Made by a program: the position numbers and the translations under genes. Positions 1-11,885 of a stretch of 64,000 bases of DNA are shown piece after piece (within the stretch, counting starts at the first letter, position 1; each line of letters opens with the position of its first letter). This DNA comes from Octopus vulgaris (taxonomy: Eukaryota): positions 48,484,001 through 48,548,000 of the forward strand of contig OX597823.1 of assembly GCA_951406725.2 (NCBI GenBank), written 5' to 3'. The notes under the pieces were generated by a model. The model had not been told where the DNA came from. It did no database searches and saw only the letters and a program-made list of their open reading frames with translations.

Positions 1-45
1 GGAAAGCAGACATTAAACAACAATGATGATGATGATGATGATGAC

Positions 46-87
<42 letters not shown>

Positions 88-300
88 GCACACAAGTATT
101 CGAGGTGCTTCATTCAACTAAGAATTCTTCAAGGCAGTGCTCCAGTATGGCCACTGTCTGATGACTGAAATTATGTCCCTCAGAAATGATGATTAGTTTC
201 TAAAACTAAAGTTTGTATTGCAGGTTCAATTCTTGGTTGAGATATTTCATTTCTCTTACTCTTTGCTCATTGTTTACAATGTGTACCCCAGTTTTAGAAC

Positions 301-455
301 AGGTAACATTGGTAGCATAGAGAGGGGATGCCGGTATGCATTGATGACTGCTGGTCTTCCATGAACAACCTTGCCTGGACTTGAACCTCGGAGGGAAACT
401 TTCTAGGTGTAATCCCATTTTCATTCATGACCGAAGGGGGTCTTTACCCATTACC
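301..455 (+). mobile_element. SINE family F, 3' fragment
   Basis: Matches 20190-20522 and the reverse complement of 1400-1730 (gactgctggtcttcca..aacaaccttgcc..ctttctaggtg..cattcatgaccgaaggggg). Confidence 0.75.
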
Positions 456-481
456 CTATTATAGATACGATTCAGTTAAAA

Positions 482-755
482 TAGTGGTTCTCAACAAGGA
501 TCCATATAATCCTTGGGGACCTATATGACTTGTGGGAGTCTATATATGATATTGCTGTAAAAATTTATGTGCAACAAATTGGTTAAACTTCTACAAGGCA
601 CAAAATATTTTTACAGTATTTTATACAATACTTAATAATATTTAATTATAAAAATATAATATGGTTCTTTTAAACATTGAATGGTTATGAGGGTCCAGTA
701 GAGTTAAATAGGAATCAAAAAGGTTTATAGGCATAAAAATGGTTGAGAACCACTG
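482..755. mobile_element. Non-autonomous hAT (Charlie-like) MITE
   Basis: TIRs tagtggttctcaac / gttgagaaccactg; diverged 8-bp flanks agttaaaa / agtaaaag. Confidence 0.75.
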
Positions 756-914
756 AGTAAAAGCCTAAATACCCAAATTTTGAACTTCTCAATTAGGAGT
801 TCTCATGTCAAATTCTTTTTTGAATATTATTTAGCACACACATAGACGCACACAAACTACAACAGACACATTGAATGACAGGAAAATCTGGAATTCTGAT
901 CGTAAAGGACAACT

Positions 915-1126
915 TTAACCCTTTAGCATTCACATTATTCTGTCAAAAGTAATGCATGTTTATTCTCATTCTTTTGAAGTAATCATGCATTATCTTGTAA
1001 GATTTCAATGGTGTGACTATAAATTTATAGAATGACATTGTTGGACAGGTATGAGAGGTTGGATCTGATCAGTTTTAACATAAAACATGTAGAATACTGG
1101 GGCTGGCTTAAATTATAAAGGGTTAA
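915..1126 (+). mobile_element. piggyBac-type MITE family 1
   Basis: TTAA-CCCTTTA...TAAAGGG-TTAA; further copies at 46932, 50207, 50709. Confidence 0.8.
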
Positions 1127-1154
1127 ACCCTTTATTTGGATATTTTGCATATTG

Positions 1155-1360
1155 GTTTCGAATTTTGGCATAAGGCCAGCAAGTTCAGAGGAGAAGGCAA
1201 ATCAGTTACATTGACCCCGTGCTTGACTGTTACTTATTTCATTGGCCCCCAAAAGGATGAAGGGCAAAGTTGATCTTGGCAGAATTCAAACACAGAACAT
1301 AAAAATAAATTGCAGCCAAGCATTTTGTCCTGCAGGCTAACGATTCTGTTAGCTCATCAT
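1155..1360 (-). mobile_element. tRNA-derived SINE family A (diverged)
   Basis: Similar to well-preserved copy 7306-7533. Confidence 0.75.
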
Positions 1361-1399
1361 CTTATTTATATATCAATTTCATTGTTAATAAAAAGGGTA

Positions 1400-1730
1400 A
1401 AAAGGGTAAAGGCACCCTTCAGTTATGAATGATCATGGGATGCACCTAGAAAGTTACCCTCTGAGGCACAAGTCCAGGTAAGGTTGTTTATGGAAGACCA
1501 GCAGTCACCCATGTATACCAGTTACCCATCTCCATGCCACTGATATTATCCAAGGGAAGGGTAAAGGTCAATACAGCTTGGCACCAATGGCATTTTTACA
1601 GTTGAGTGAACTGGAGCAATGTGAAAAATAAAGTGTCTTGCCTAAAAGCACAACACACAGCTTGGTCCAGGAACTGAACTCACTACCACATGATTGTGAG
1701 CCCAATGCTTTAACCACTGAACCACGTAAC
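1400..1730 (-). mobile_element. SINE family F
   Basis: tRNA-like head near 1670-1730, body shared with 20190-20522. Confidence 0.75.
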
Positions 1731-3339
1731 TTCACTTTCATTGTTAATACAATCTATAACCATTATACAAGACAGACTGAAAATGTAATTTGTGCATCTG
1801 TTTTACTAAAAACTTTCTAAACACACCTTCCTCAAGACCAGAGTTACATCATATCATCTCATAAAGGAGGGGTTCCTCTCACACATGTTTCTTTTTGAAC
1901 ATGTAACAGTGGGGCCACCTATCCACCTCTCATCTTGATCTATGTAGAGATGGCCATCCCTATGATTAAGTCCTCAGAACATATCCCTGGCCATTCTTTG
2001 GAGTAATGCATTCATAATTTTGATTGCTGTTGCTATGAAACACTTGCATGATAGAATAAAAAAGGTGAATTGAAAAAAAAAAATTAGGTTAGACAAGTAG
2101 TAAACCTCTATCAAATGATATTCTGCTAAATATGCAAGTTATTGTATCAATCGTAGGAATTATAAAATAATTCTCCCTTAGAAGCAGAGTTATGTTTCCA
2201 TCATTTTAAGCTAAGGTAAATTGTCTGCAACTACGACAAAATAAATGTGAATAAAATCAAAGGTGGAAGCTGGAAGACAAATGGAGCCATTTATATGTTC
2301 TTTGTTTCTTCCTTCAATTTACTCATTAGTTACTTTTAGACATGCACGTATACACACGTACACATATTTTATAGGTTCAGTCATGGCTATAGAGTTAAGA
2401 AATTCATTCTAAAATCACATGATTTTACACACACACATGTATACAGACACACAAATATCATACACATATATCATACACATATACACACACATACATACAC
2501 ACGTGTGTATAACCAGACATTGGAGCTTAGCGTGCATATATGTAAATTTTGTTCAGTTGAATTATCAGTAAAGTTAGCTGAAATTAATATTTAATAACTA
2601 ATTCTTAATGACTATTGTAAATGGATTTGCTAACATGTATTGAAAACATATCAGGTTATGTTTGTTACTTAAGGCTTCAGCTGTTACCATTCTGTATAAG
2701 TGATATGTCAAATTCTCTGTAAACCACACATCATTAAAATAACTAGATTTAAGTTTGTCACAGTAAATTAGCATTGTCTTGAGCCTTGTATTATCGGATT
2801 TTTAAATGAAATGTCTACATATTTTATACATATCTGTCTCATACATTTTTATTTAATTCAACAATATAAATAAATATATTTTTCTTATTAGGTGTTCTTT
2901 ATCCTCGTAAAGGTTAGACTATCAAGCTAGAGTATACTCAGTTTCTTTCCAGTTTCACGTTGCATTCAAATTTTCTGAATAGTTTTAGAAAAATAATTGC
3001 AGAAACTGATTAGAAAAAGTATATTTTCACAGAAAGATTATATGAATAATTCAAACTAAAAGTGAATAACTCACTATTACATATACAATAAATGTCAACA
3101 TTCATTTTATAAATTAAACATATCTTTCAAAATGTACATAAGATAGGAATTCATATTTCAACAGGATGTCATTGTCGTTGTCATCATCATTGTTGTTGTT
3201 GTTATTGTTGTTGTTCTCACCATCATTTCATTACTCCAGGTTGGCATGTGTTGCATGGGTCATTAGAGTTTAAATAATTCTTTCCTTTTTTTAAATAGAT
3301 CTGCTGGGTTTTGAGAAATAGATACTTCCATGACCTTTA

Positions 3340-3540
3340 CAGGCATCCTTAAACCAGTGAGATTGATGTCATTAATGTCCCTTCTGAGAGACGGAATTTC
3401 AGGGTTGACATCCTGGAAAGGAAGGGTAAGGTATAGAGTTTACTTCCAGGACCTGGGAACTGGATACAGCAAGGATGATGAGAGAAGGAGAGAATAATTC
3501 CAACCAAATCTGGTGTTCTGTGTGCGAAATACAGTGTATA
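3340..3540 (-). mobile_element. Degraded CR1/L2-like LINE 3' fragment
   Basis: Resembles the LINE 3' end at 63595-64000. Confidence 0.4.
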
Positions 3541-3546
3541 CAGGGG

Positions 3547-3763
3547 AGAGGGGGCTGGAAAGTTCCTGGTTTTAAGGGTATTGTGAAAGGCCAGGCTGGA
3601 GGCCCAACCTTTGGAGTTCTTTCATAGGGCTTAGAAAAACTGAAGGATTACTGCAATAAGAGTGTGACTCTGAGAGGGGGATATGTTGAATAAAATCATA
3701 ATTAACTGATCCTCTTGTATTTTCTTTTACCCAAATCTAGGAGTTTTTCAGCACCCCCTCATA
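3547..3763 (+). mobile_element. Mariner-derived MITE
   Basis: Imperfect TIRs (gggggctggaaagttcctgg / ctaggagtttttcagcaccccctcata); carries mariner transposase C-terminus-like V.LRGGYVE*. Confidence 0.65.
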
Positions 3764-4689
3764 CTAGATGTGTTTGCACTAGAGAAGGTACTCAATATGG
3801 GTGAATTAAAGAATTCCCACTAACCTACATCAGTTCTTATTTGGAGTTACTACCATCTTAGATGTGTAATTTAAGATAGGGTTAGATAAATAGGTTTTAG
3901 AATAAATAATTTCACAGGTGAGACAAAAAGGTAAAATAAAATGAAAAATATTTATTTTTTGAAATAACTGAGAAATTATGCCATAATTACGTTGATATCC
4001 TTGATGAACATTGATGAGAAAATAGCTAAACAGAAAGATCAATAAAATTATAAAAGTGGCATTACTATTAAATCTATGGAAATGGTAGAAACATAATAAA
4101 TGGTATGAACATGTAACAATGTCGTTCATACATGGTCAGTCATGAAAATGAAAGTAGACAGTAATTATATTGTAAATTAACTTTTCTAATAAATAGTTAT
4201 GAATCAAATCTTGGGAATCGTGAAATTCCATGGAAAGCATAAATTTATGGGAACTTCATCATTTTTGTTTTTTCCATAGAAGAAAGTAAGAAAATATTAA
4301 AATGTCTTTATGTTATATTGATGGTAATTATTATAAATATGATTAAATGCACATTTTATAATGTAATCTGTGAATTTATGTTAATCCCAAACTTACTCAT
4401 TTTACAAACAGTACATTTTGTAAAGACTAATGATGTGTTCATATAATTTTTGTTACAGACATAAACATCATCAAGAACCACAGCTGTAACCTCTTCAGTA
4501 CAAATTAGCTATCTTCAGGATAGAATTCATTATGAATGGCACTAGATATTCTCTTGTTTAGTTTTAATCCTTTTTGTGATCATATTTCTAATGAAACATA
4601 TTGCCTGTGTCTTTAAATTAAATTTGAAAATAATCAAGAATTTGGATGGCGACAGTAAAATAACTGAGTCATTATTAACCTGATGTGAG

Positions 4690-4855
4690 GGTGGTAGATT
4701 GGCAGAATGATTAGAGCAATGGAAAACATATTTTGTGATAGCTGTTCTTGTTCCTTATATTCTGAGTTCAAATCCTGCCAATGTCAAATTACCCTTTCAA
4801 CCCTTCATAGTTAATAAAATAAAATACCAATCAATTACTAGAGTCAACTTTAATC
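4690..4855 (+). mobile_element. SINE family A (diverged, interrupted by following element)
   Basis: ttggcagaatgattagagc...ttctgagttcaaatcctgcc head motifs. Confidence 0.65.
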
Positions 4856-5052
4856 AGGACAAATACTCCACCTCCACATAGGACAATTCCCCACCCACAA
4901 ACGACAGCTACTCCCTAGGACAATTACCCCTCTTGGTTAATTACTCCCTCTCCAATATATTAAGAAGTTTTAATTCATTATCTGTTGTCTCAAGGGTAAC
5001 TGTCTTGGTGGGGTGGGGTGTTACTATCCATGGAGGTAAATGTCCTAGACTC
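4856..5052. mobile_element. Foldback-type MITE with repeated GGACAATTACCC-like motifs
   Basis: About five direct copies at left (ggacaattcccc, ggacaattacccc) and inverted copies at right (gggtaactgtc, ggtaaatgtcctag). Confidence 0.55.
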
Positions 5053-5098
5053 GAGTCAACATAATCAACTGATTCTCTAACTTTCTCACTTGGAGCCT

Positions 5099-5340
5099 AT
5101 CATCATCATCAACATTTAACGCCTCTTTTCCATGCTGGCATGGGTCAGATGGCTTGACTGGCAAGGCCAGGGGGTCACACCAGATTCCATAGTCTGTTTT
5201 GGCTTGTTTTTGATGACTGGATGCCCTTCCTAACACCAACCATTCTACAGAGTGTACTAGGTGCTTTAGCACATGTCACCATCACCAGTACTTTTTAAGT
5301 AGCACCAGTACTTTTTACGTGACACCAGCACCCACACCAA
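5099..5340 (-). mobile_element. Repeat family C (RTE-tail SINE-like)
   Basis: (CAT)n tail then tttaacg..ttccatgctggcatggg..ggatgcccttcctaac; at least ten copies in window. Confidence 0.8.
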
Positions 5341-7305
5341 TGCTTTTTATGTGGTACCTTGGTGTTAGGATCTCAATTTTGTTGTGGTGAGAGGGTATTC
5401 TCAAGTACAGCAATATGCCACAGAATTTATTAATGTGGTGTTATGAAACATAATCTAATGAAAGTTTATTATTTATATATTATTTGTACCTTATGATGGA
5501 AAGCTTTCATTCAAATAAGACCACATTAAATGAGAAGTTTTGTATCACAAAAAGAGAGTGGTTTCATGTACATTGTTATTGAAAGGGTTAACTAATAACA
5601 TAAGTTCTTTCTTATACAAGCACAAAATAACAAGTTCATAGGAAGTAGACAAGTTGATTCATTCATCTTCAGTTTATTACTTGTACTTATTTTATTAAAC
5701 CCAGAGAAGGAACATATATGTCAACCTTGGCAGGATTTGAACTTAAAACCCCAAAAAGAACTTAAGACTCCAGAAAGGCATTTTGTTTGGCACATGACTT
5801 ACAAGTTTTAACAACCTGGAAAATATCGAAAATTATATGCTATTTTGATATTTAATAATAGTTTGTACTTTTATTCTGGTACAACTTGGACATTTCTGAT
5901 TTCTTCATAAATTTCAACCTTGCAACTTCTTAACAGAGAAATCTAAAATTCTTTGCTATGACTGCCTGCATCTCAAATCTTTATTAATCTACATCTCTAT
6001 CTGAGTATGTCGCACCAATGTATAGTTATTTTTACTCAGTATGTATTATTTATTTGTTTTATATCTTCTATACTGAAAGAAATACCACAAAGCATGCTTT
6101 CCAATACTTGAATGATTTTGCCAATCCACTTCTTTTACACCAGCTTAATAATGAAACAGTTATGCACCCAGAATCTTTAATTATTTTTCACTAATACTCA
6201 ATTGAAAGATCTCTTTTCCTTAAATCTGCTAATTGCTTTAATCTCCACCTCAATTTCTTTAGCACTTCTAGAAAACGTAGCTACTTATTTTGTGACAAGA
6301 ATCACTATACATAATGCACCAAATACTCTGTTTTTAGTTAGTCTTCAGGAAATTCATTTTGAAACACTACTTTACAAGTAAAAAAAAAATGTTCTTACTT
6401 CTTATGCCATAACTAGAAAATATAAGAAAAACTACCAGCCCTTTCCTTATCTTACAAACAAAATAGACCTTCCAGGTAGCTATATATTTTTTATAATATA
6501 GATTATGTTACTCCATTATAAATTCTTATTTAGCTAATTCTTAAGATCACTTATCTAAGTATATTAACTTGATACATGAGGAAATCATCCAGAACAGAAA
6601 CCTATTTCAGCTTCTACATCCTCTTTCTTTTACCTCTTAATTCCATAGTTTCTAACTTGAAGTAATAACTAATTGCCCAAGAAACAAAAGTAATCAAAAA
6701 ACTCCAAAAAGGCTCTGACATATTTTTTTTTTATTTTTCTACTGCAGACAGACCAAGATATATTTTAAAACAAATTATAATTAGCTACAGCTTCAGAAAG
6801 CTGAGTAAGCTAAGCAAAACCTAAATATACATTTTTTTATGCCACCACAAAGTTTGAGACAAGCAATAATAATGTAATGATGCTTAACAGACTACCAAGA
6901 GAATATCTTTGAGTCTGTAAATACTGAGAGAAATAAATTCCATATGAATGATATGTCACTTATATAAGAAATTTTAATTTATTTTTATATCTGCAGGGTG
7001 TCACTTGAAGATTGGATCATTTTATGAATTCTAGGAAATATTTAATAGCACATCACATTTCCTAGTAGCAAGTATTCAGTTATGAAGAGATTCAATGTGG
7101 AGCTTGGAAAAGTTAGGTCAAGTGGTGTTCATTGTACAGTGAAATCCTTGTAACAGTATTTCAATTAATAAGCTCTGGGTCACTGAACACAGATCTAAAT
7201 GGTATACACACACATAAAAACACAAATACGTGCACATGGACACACACACTTATGACCTCTCTATATTAACAATAATATCCCACTTAATAAATTAAACAAT
7301 TATTC

Positions 7306-7533
7306 ATTTCCCCTATTGCCCACAAGGGGCTAAACATAGAGGGGACAAACAAGGACAGATAAAGGCATTAAGTCAATTACATCGACCCAAGTGTGTAACT
7401 GGTACTTGTTTAATTGACCCTGAAAGGATGAAAGGTAAAGTCAACCTCGGTGGAATTTGAACTCAGAACACATTGGCAGACAAAATACCACTAAGCATTT
7501 CACCCGGCATGCTAATGATTCTGCCAGCTCGCC
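7306..7533 (-). mobile_element. SINE family A, near full length
   Basis: Head ggcgagctggcagaatcattagc (A-box-like), gagttcaaattcc (B-box-like); many copies. Confidence 0.9.
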
Positions 7534-7846
7534 GCTAATTACAAACAATGATCCCCTTAAGAATTTAATAGTTTCTTTCTGAATGTCTTTTCTCAAAGTT
7601 CTCTCATTTTCTTCTAATCTCAAACTTGGCAAATCAAATGTGCTACCATACAATTTTAACATTTATTACATATATTTTCATAAATATAAGATTTATCAAT
7701 ATCTGCAATGAAAACAGTATCTCTCCAAATAAAGAATAAAAAACAAAACAAAAGAGAACAGAAAATAGTTTTGCCAGTGTATACAGAGAAAGGAAATAAA
7801 CATGTAAGCAAAGGCATTTTTTTTCATTATTATGAGGAAGTTCAAG

Positions 7847-8487
7847 GTGGTGAGCTGGCAGGATCATTAGCATGCTGGGAAAAATACTGAGCAGCATTTC
7901 ATATACTCTTTTACTTGTTTCAGTTATTTGACTGTGGCCATGCTGGAGCACCGCCTTTAGTCGAACAAATCGACCCCATGACTCATCCTTTGTAAGCCTA
8001 GTACTTATTCTATTGGTCTTTTTTGCTGAACAGCTAGGTTACGGGGACGTAAACATACCAGCATCGGTTGTCAAGTGATGTTGGTGGGACAAACACAGAC
8101 ACACAAACATATATACACACACACACATATATATATACATATATATGATGGGCTTCTTTCAATTTCCATCTACCAAATCCACTCACAAGGCTTTGGTTGG
8201 CTTGAGGCTATAGTAGAAGACACTTGCCCAAGGTGCCACGCAGTGGGACTGAACCCGGAACTATGCGGTTCGTAAGCAAGCTACTTAGCACACAGCCACT
8301 CCTATGCCTATATTATATTAACAATAATATCTTTACATTCTGAGTTCAAATTCCACCAAGGTCGACTTTACGTTTCAACCTTTCAGGGTTGATGAAATAA
8401 GTACCAGTTGAGTACTGGGGTCAATGTAATTGACCATCCCCCTCCCTTAATTTCAGGCCTTGTACCTAGAGTAGAAAGGATTATTAT
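7847..8487 (+). mobile_element. SINE family A split by a nested family B insertion
   Basis: Head at 7847-7900, remainder resumes at about 8332-8487. Confidence 0.75.
7906..8310 (-). mobile_element. tRNA-derived SINE family B, full length
   Basis: Head ggcataggagtggctgtgtg..ttccgggttcagtcccactgcgtggcaccttgggcaag, internal (TA/TG)n, tail ctgaaacaagtaaaagag. Confidence 0.9.
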
Positions 8488-8589
8488 TAAGAAGTTCATT
8501 TTGAAATTATAATGCGACTAAATGATTTCAGCAGTAATAAAATTATGTATGTATCACATGCATGTGTTTTTGTGTGTATTATAGTATAT

Positions 8590-8935
8590 TCTCTTTTGAT
8601 CATTTACTGGTTTCAGATATTAAACTATGGCCATGCTGGGGCACTGCCTTGAAGAATTTTAGTTGAACAAATCAACCCCAATACTTATTTATTTTTTTTT
8701 TAAAGCCCAGTACTTCTCTTGGTCTTTTTTGCCAAGCCCCCAAGTTACAGGGACATAAACATACCAACACCAGTTGTCATGTGATGGTGGGGGACAAATA
8801 CTACAAACACAAAGACACACTCATACATAAATATATGACACACTTCTCACAGTTTCCATCTACCAAATTTAGTGGGACTAAACCCGGAACCATATGGTTA
8901 GGAAGCAAACTTCTTACTACACAGCAACACCTGTA
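8590..8935 (-). mobile_element. SINE family B (internally deleted)
   Basis: Colinear with 7906-8310. Confidence 0.8.
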
Positions 8936-9612
8936 TATGTATGTGTGTGTGTGTGTGTGTGTGTTTGACAAACACACACATCATATATCAAATATCGAAA
9001 ACACACACGCTATATAGAGATAAATAAATCAAACAAGCTTCATTCAGGGAATGCTTAGTTTGAAAAAGTAGAACAAGTAAAAAATAAAAATGAAAATAGT
9101 GAAAACAGGCACAACCATTATATCATTACTATTTAAGTCAAAACTATTTAAAAAATACATTTTGCACTGACAACTGCAGTATGGACAGAACAGAACAAAA
9201 TCACAGACAAACTGTAAAACTAAAAATATTTCTCTGAGGCACATGGGAAGGCCATGCAACGAGACCAATACAACATATATAAGGGAAACGGCCTGCAGCA
9301 TAAGTGAAATGACTGCAGAACATTGACAAGAAGACAATAAAAAGAAACTTTATCAACACCGTGGGTCAGGCTCTCTTGTACATTATAGTTGTTTTCTCTT
9401 AAACCCAAGTTTTCATCCTGCTCACCTCTGCTATAAAACACATGCAGACTAAGATTACACATCCAATGTAGCAGACTTTCTTCATATCCTTTGCATTCAA
9501 TAGTTATGACTTGCTGTCAAAAAGCATAATCCTTTGTACACAAAACACATACATCTACGCTCTACTCAAAGAGAGAAACTCTTTGTTGCCAGCAGTGGCA
9601 ATATTTCTTTTT

Positions 9613-9704
9613 TCACTCTGTTCTTTTTATGGCCACTGTAATTTCAAAGGACCCTGCTCTACAGCTGATTAGACTGCCTAGGTCAATGTTTCTCATGGAG
9701 GGAT
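9613..9704 (-). other. Candidate terminal coding exon
   Basis: Acceptor tttttaattctcacag then PSMRNIDLGSLISCRAGSFEITVAIKRTE* in unique sequence; no homology recognised. Confidence 0.2.
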
Positions 9705-9966
9705 CTGTGAGAATTAAAAATAGTGCAGACAAATTTGCCATACTTAATAAAATTAGTTGGTTAAAAAAGTTATCTAACATCATGGGGGGAGGAAGAAGAA
9801 TTTTATGGCTACAAACTCTATTTTGTCTTCTATTAAGAGGAGACAAGTATACCATATGTTTGGGTGGAGGAATAATATAAATATTTATCACTTTGAGAAC
9901 TGCTTTAATGCAGCCCTCCTAATATTAAAACACATTTATTTTGACTTGTTGGTGCTCTGATAATTA

Positions 9967-10230
9967 ATATAAATAAATAAATGCGCTCTTTTAAAGCCTA
10001 GCCAGGCTCATGGGCCCAGTTTTCCAGTTTCAATGGCATATGTGTTCCCCAGCTTGATGGGACGCCAGTCCATCGCAGCGTTACTCATTTTTGCCAGCTG
10101 AGTGGACTGGAGCAACATGAAATGAAGTGTTTTGCTCAAGAACACAACATGCCGCTCGGTCCAGGAATCGAAACCACAATCTTATGATCATGGTGCTGAC
10201 ACCCTAACCACTAAGCCACGTGCCCCCACA
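9967..10230 (-). mobile_element. tRNA-derived SINE family E, full length
   Basis: A/B-box-like tggcttagtgg and ggtttcgattcc; 12-bp TSD ctctgataatta (9955) / ctctgctaatta (10231). Confidence 0.9.
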
Positions 10231-10244
10231 CTCTGCTAATTACT

Positions 10245-11345
10245 CCTGTATATCTGCCATATATAAAGTCTCTATTCAATGTTAGCCTACCTGTGATCTC
10301 AATACACTACTTTTACATCTGTAGTTCATACCAGTACTACACATGGAATTCCTACTCCTTTTTTTGCATGTTGAACATGACTGTCTCCCTGATGGCAGTA
10401 GAGACCTGTTTTCTTTCCTATTTACTAAAACTGTCATCTTCACCAAGTTTATCCTAACCTGTAAAAACAAAATCTAGATTTTATTTTCACATCTGGCACT
10501 TCCTTTCTACATCTTCTGCTGGCTCTTCTACAAGGATTATGCCATCTGCAAATAAGAGTTGCCATGGACAACAAATCTTAAACTCGTCTGTTACAGCTTA
10601 GAGAACAATAATGAATAAGCATGTGTTGAGTGTCTAGTTTTGATGGACACCTACTTCAACACAAAATTTCTCACTGAACTCACTGCTAACTCTCACTTTG
10701 CTGACAACATTTCTGTACATGGCTTGCACTGATCTTGCCTGCCATTCACCAACACAGTTTTCTTAAAAACTACCAGACTATAGATCATATTAACCTGTCA
10801 AAAGCCTTCTCTAGCTCAACAAATGCTAGGCAGAGAGACTTATACTAAGCTAAAAGAAATTTCTGGCACTTGTCTCACTGTGAGAATATTACTGAGGTTC
10901 TGACCAGGAACAAAGCAAAACCACATCTCACCTGATTCTCTTTCTCCTCAATTGTGCTTAGTACCTTTTCCATTACTTTCATAACATGGCCCATCAGTTT
11001 GTACTTCTATAGTTTCTTTATTATAAAACACTTCTGTTGCTCAATTAGCAGTTGGCAATTAAACTGTTATATCATTGGGAATGACAAACTCTTGTAAAAC
11101 TTGGTTTATTATGTGAGTGACCAGTTTGAGCCCTACTCAGCCAGACATTTTCATTATGTCAGTAACTATACCAAATACTCCTTTCCTTGTCTTCAAGTCC
11201 TTAAGGATCATTTTGACAACAGCCACTTTGTCCTCTGGTCCATTCTTTTTATCTATTCAGTTTCTTTACCTTCTGCACACATTTTCCCCTATTCAGCATC
11301 TTGCCATAATAACATTTCCAAACCTCTTTCTTCACTGTTATTTCA
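10245..11345 (-). mobile_element. Degraded RTE-clade LINE, RT region
   Basis: Minus-strand remnants CPWQLLFADGIILV and RINLVKMTVLV, similar to the RTE fragment at 55014-55215; many stops and frameshifts. Confidence 0.8.
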
Positions 11346-11375
11346 GTAGCACTTTTCCTTAACAACATATAAGGA

Positions 11376-11402
11376 GAGGGGAGAGAGAGAGAGAAATAGA
11401 TC

Positions 11403-11456
<54 letters not shown>

Positions 11457-11682
11457 ATGTGTATGCATAAAGGGAGACAGGGAGAGATAGATAGACCAAT
11501 ACATATACATATTGTTGCATATGTACATATATAGAGATAGGTAGGTATAATGGTTGATAGACAGACAGATTAAAATACATAAATACATACGCACCCATTC
11601 TTATATATACACATACATACACATATATACACATATACATCGACAGACAGTCAAACACACAGTCTGAAACATACAACAGACA

Positions 11683-11721
<39 letters not shown>

Positions 11722-11830
11722 TCACATACAAACACAAAAATATGGATATCCATTTACATATACATGCATCTAAGAGTGTATATGTAGATATATGTAATAT
11801 ATGCATTCATATACCTCCCACGTACACATG

Positions 11831-11877
<47 letters not shown>

Positions 11878-11885
11878 TATATAAT
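11376..11885. repeat. Compound microsatellite (GA/TG/TA/CA)
   Basis: Direct inspection. Confidence 0.95.

Noticed and set aside
4211-4258. Short imperfect hairpin
   Set aside because: Stem about 13 bp and AT-rich; expected by chance
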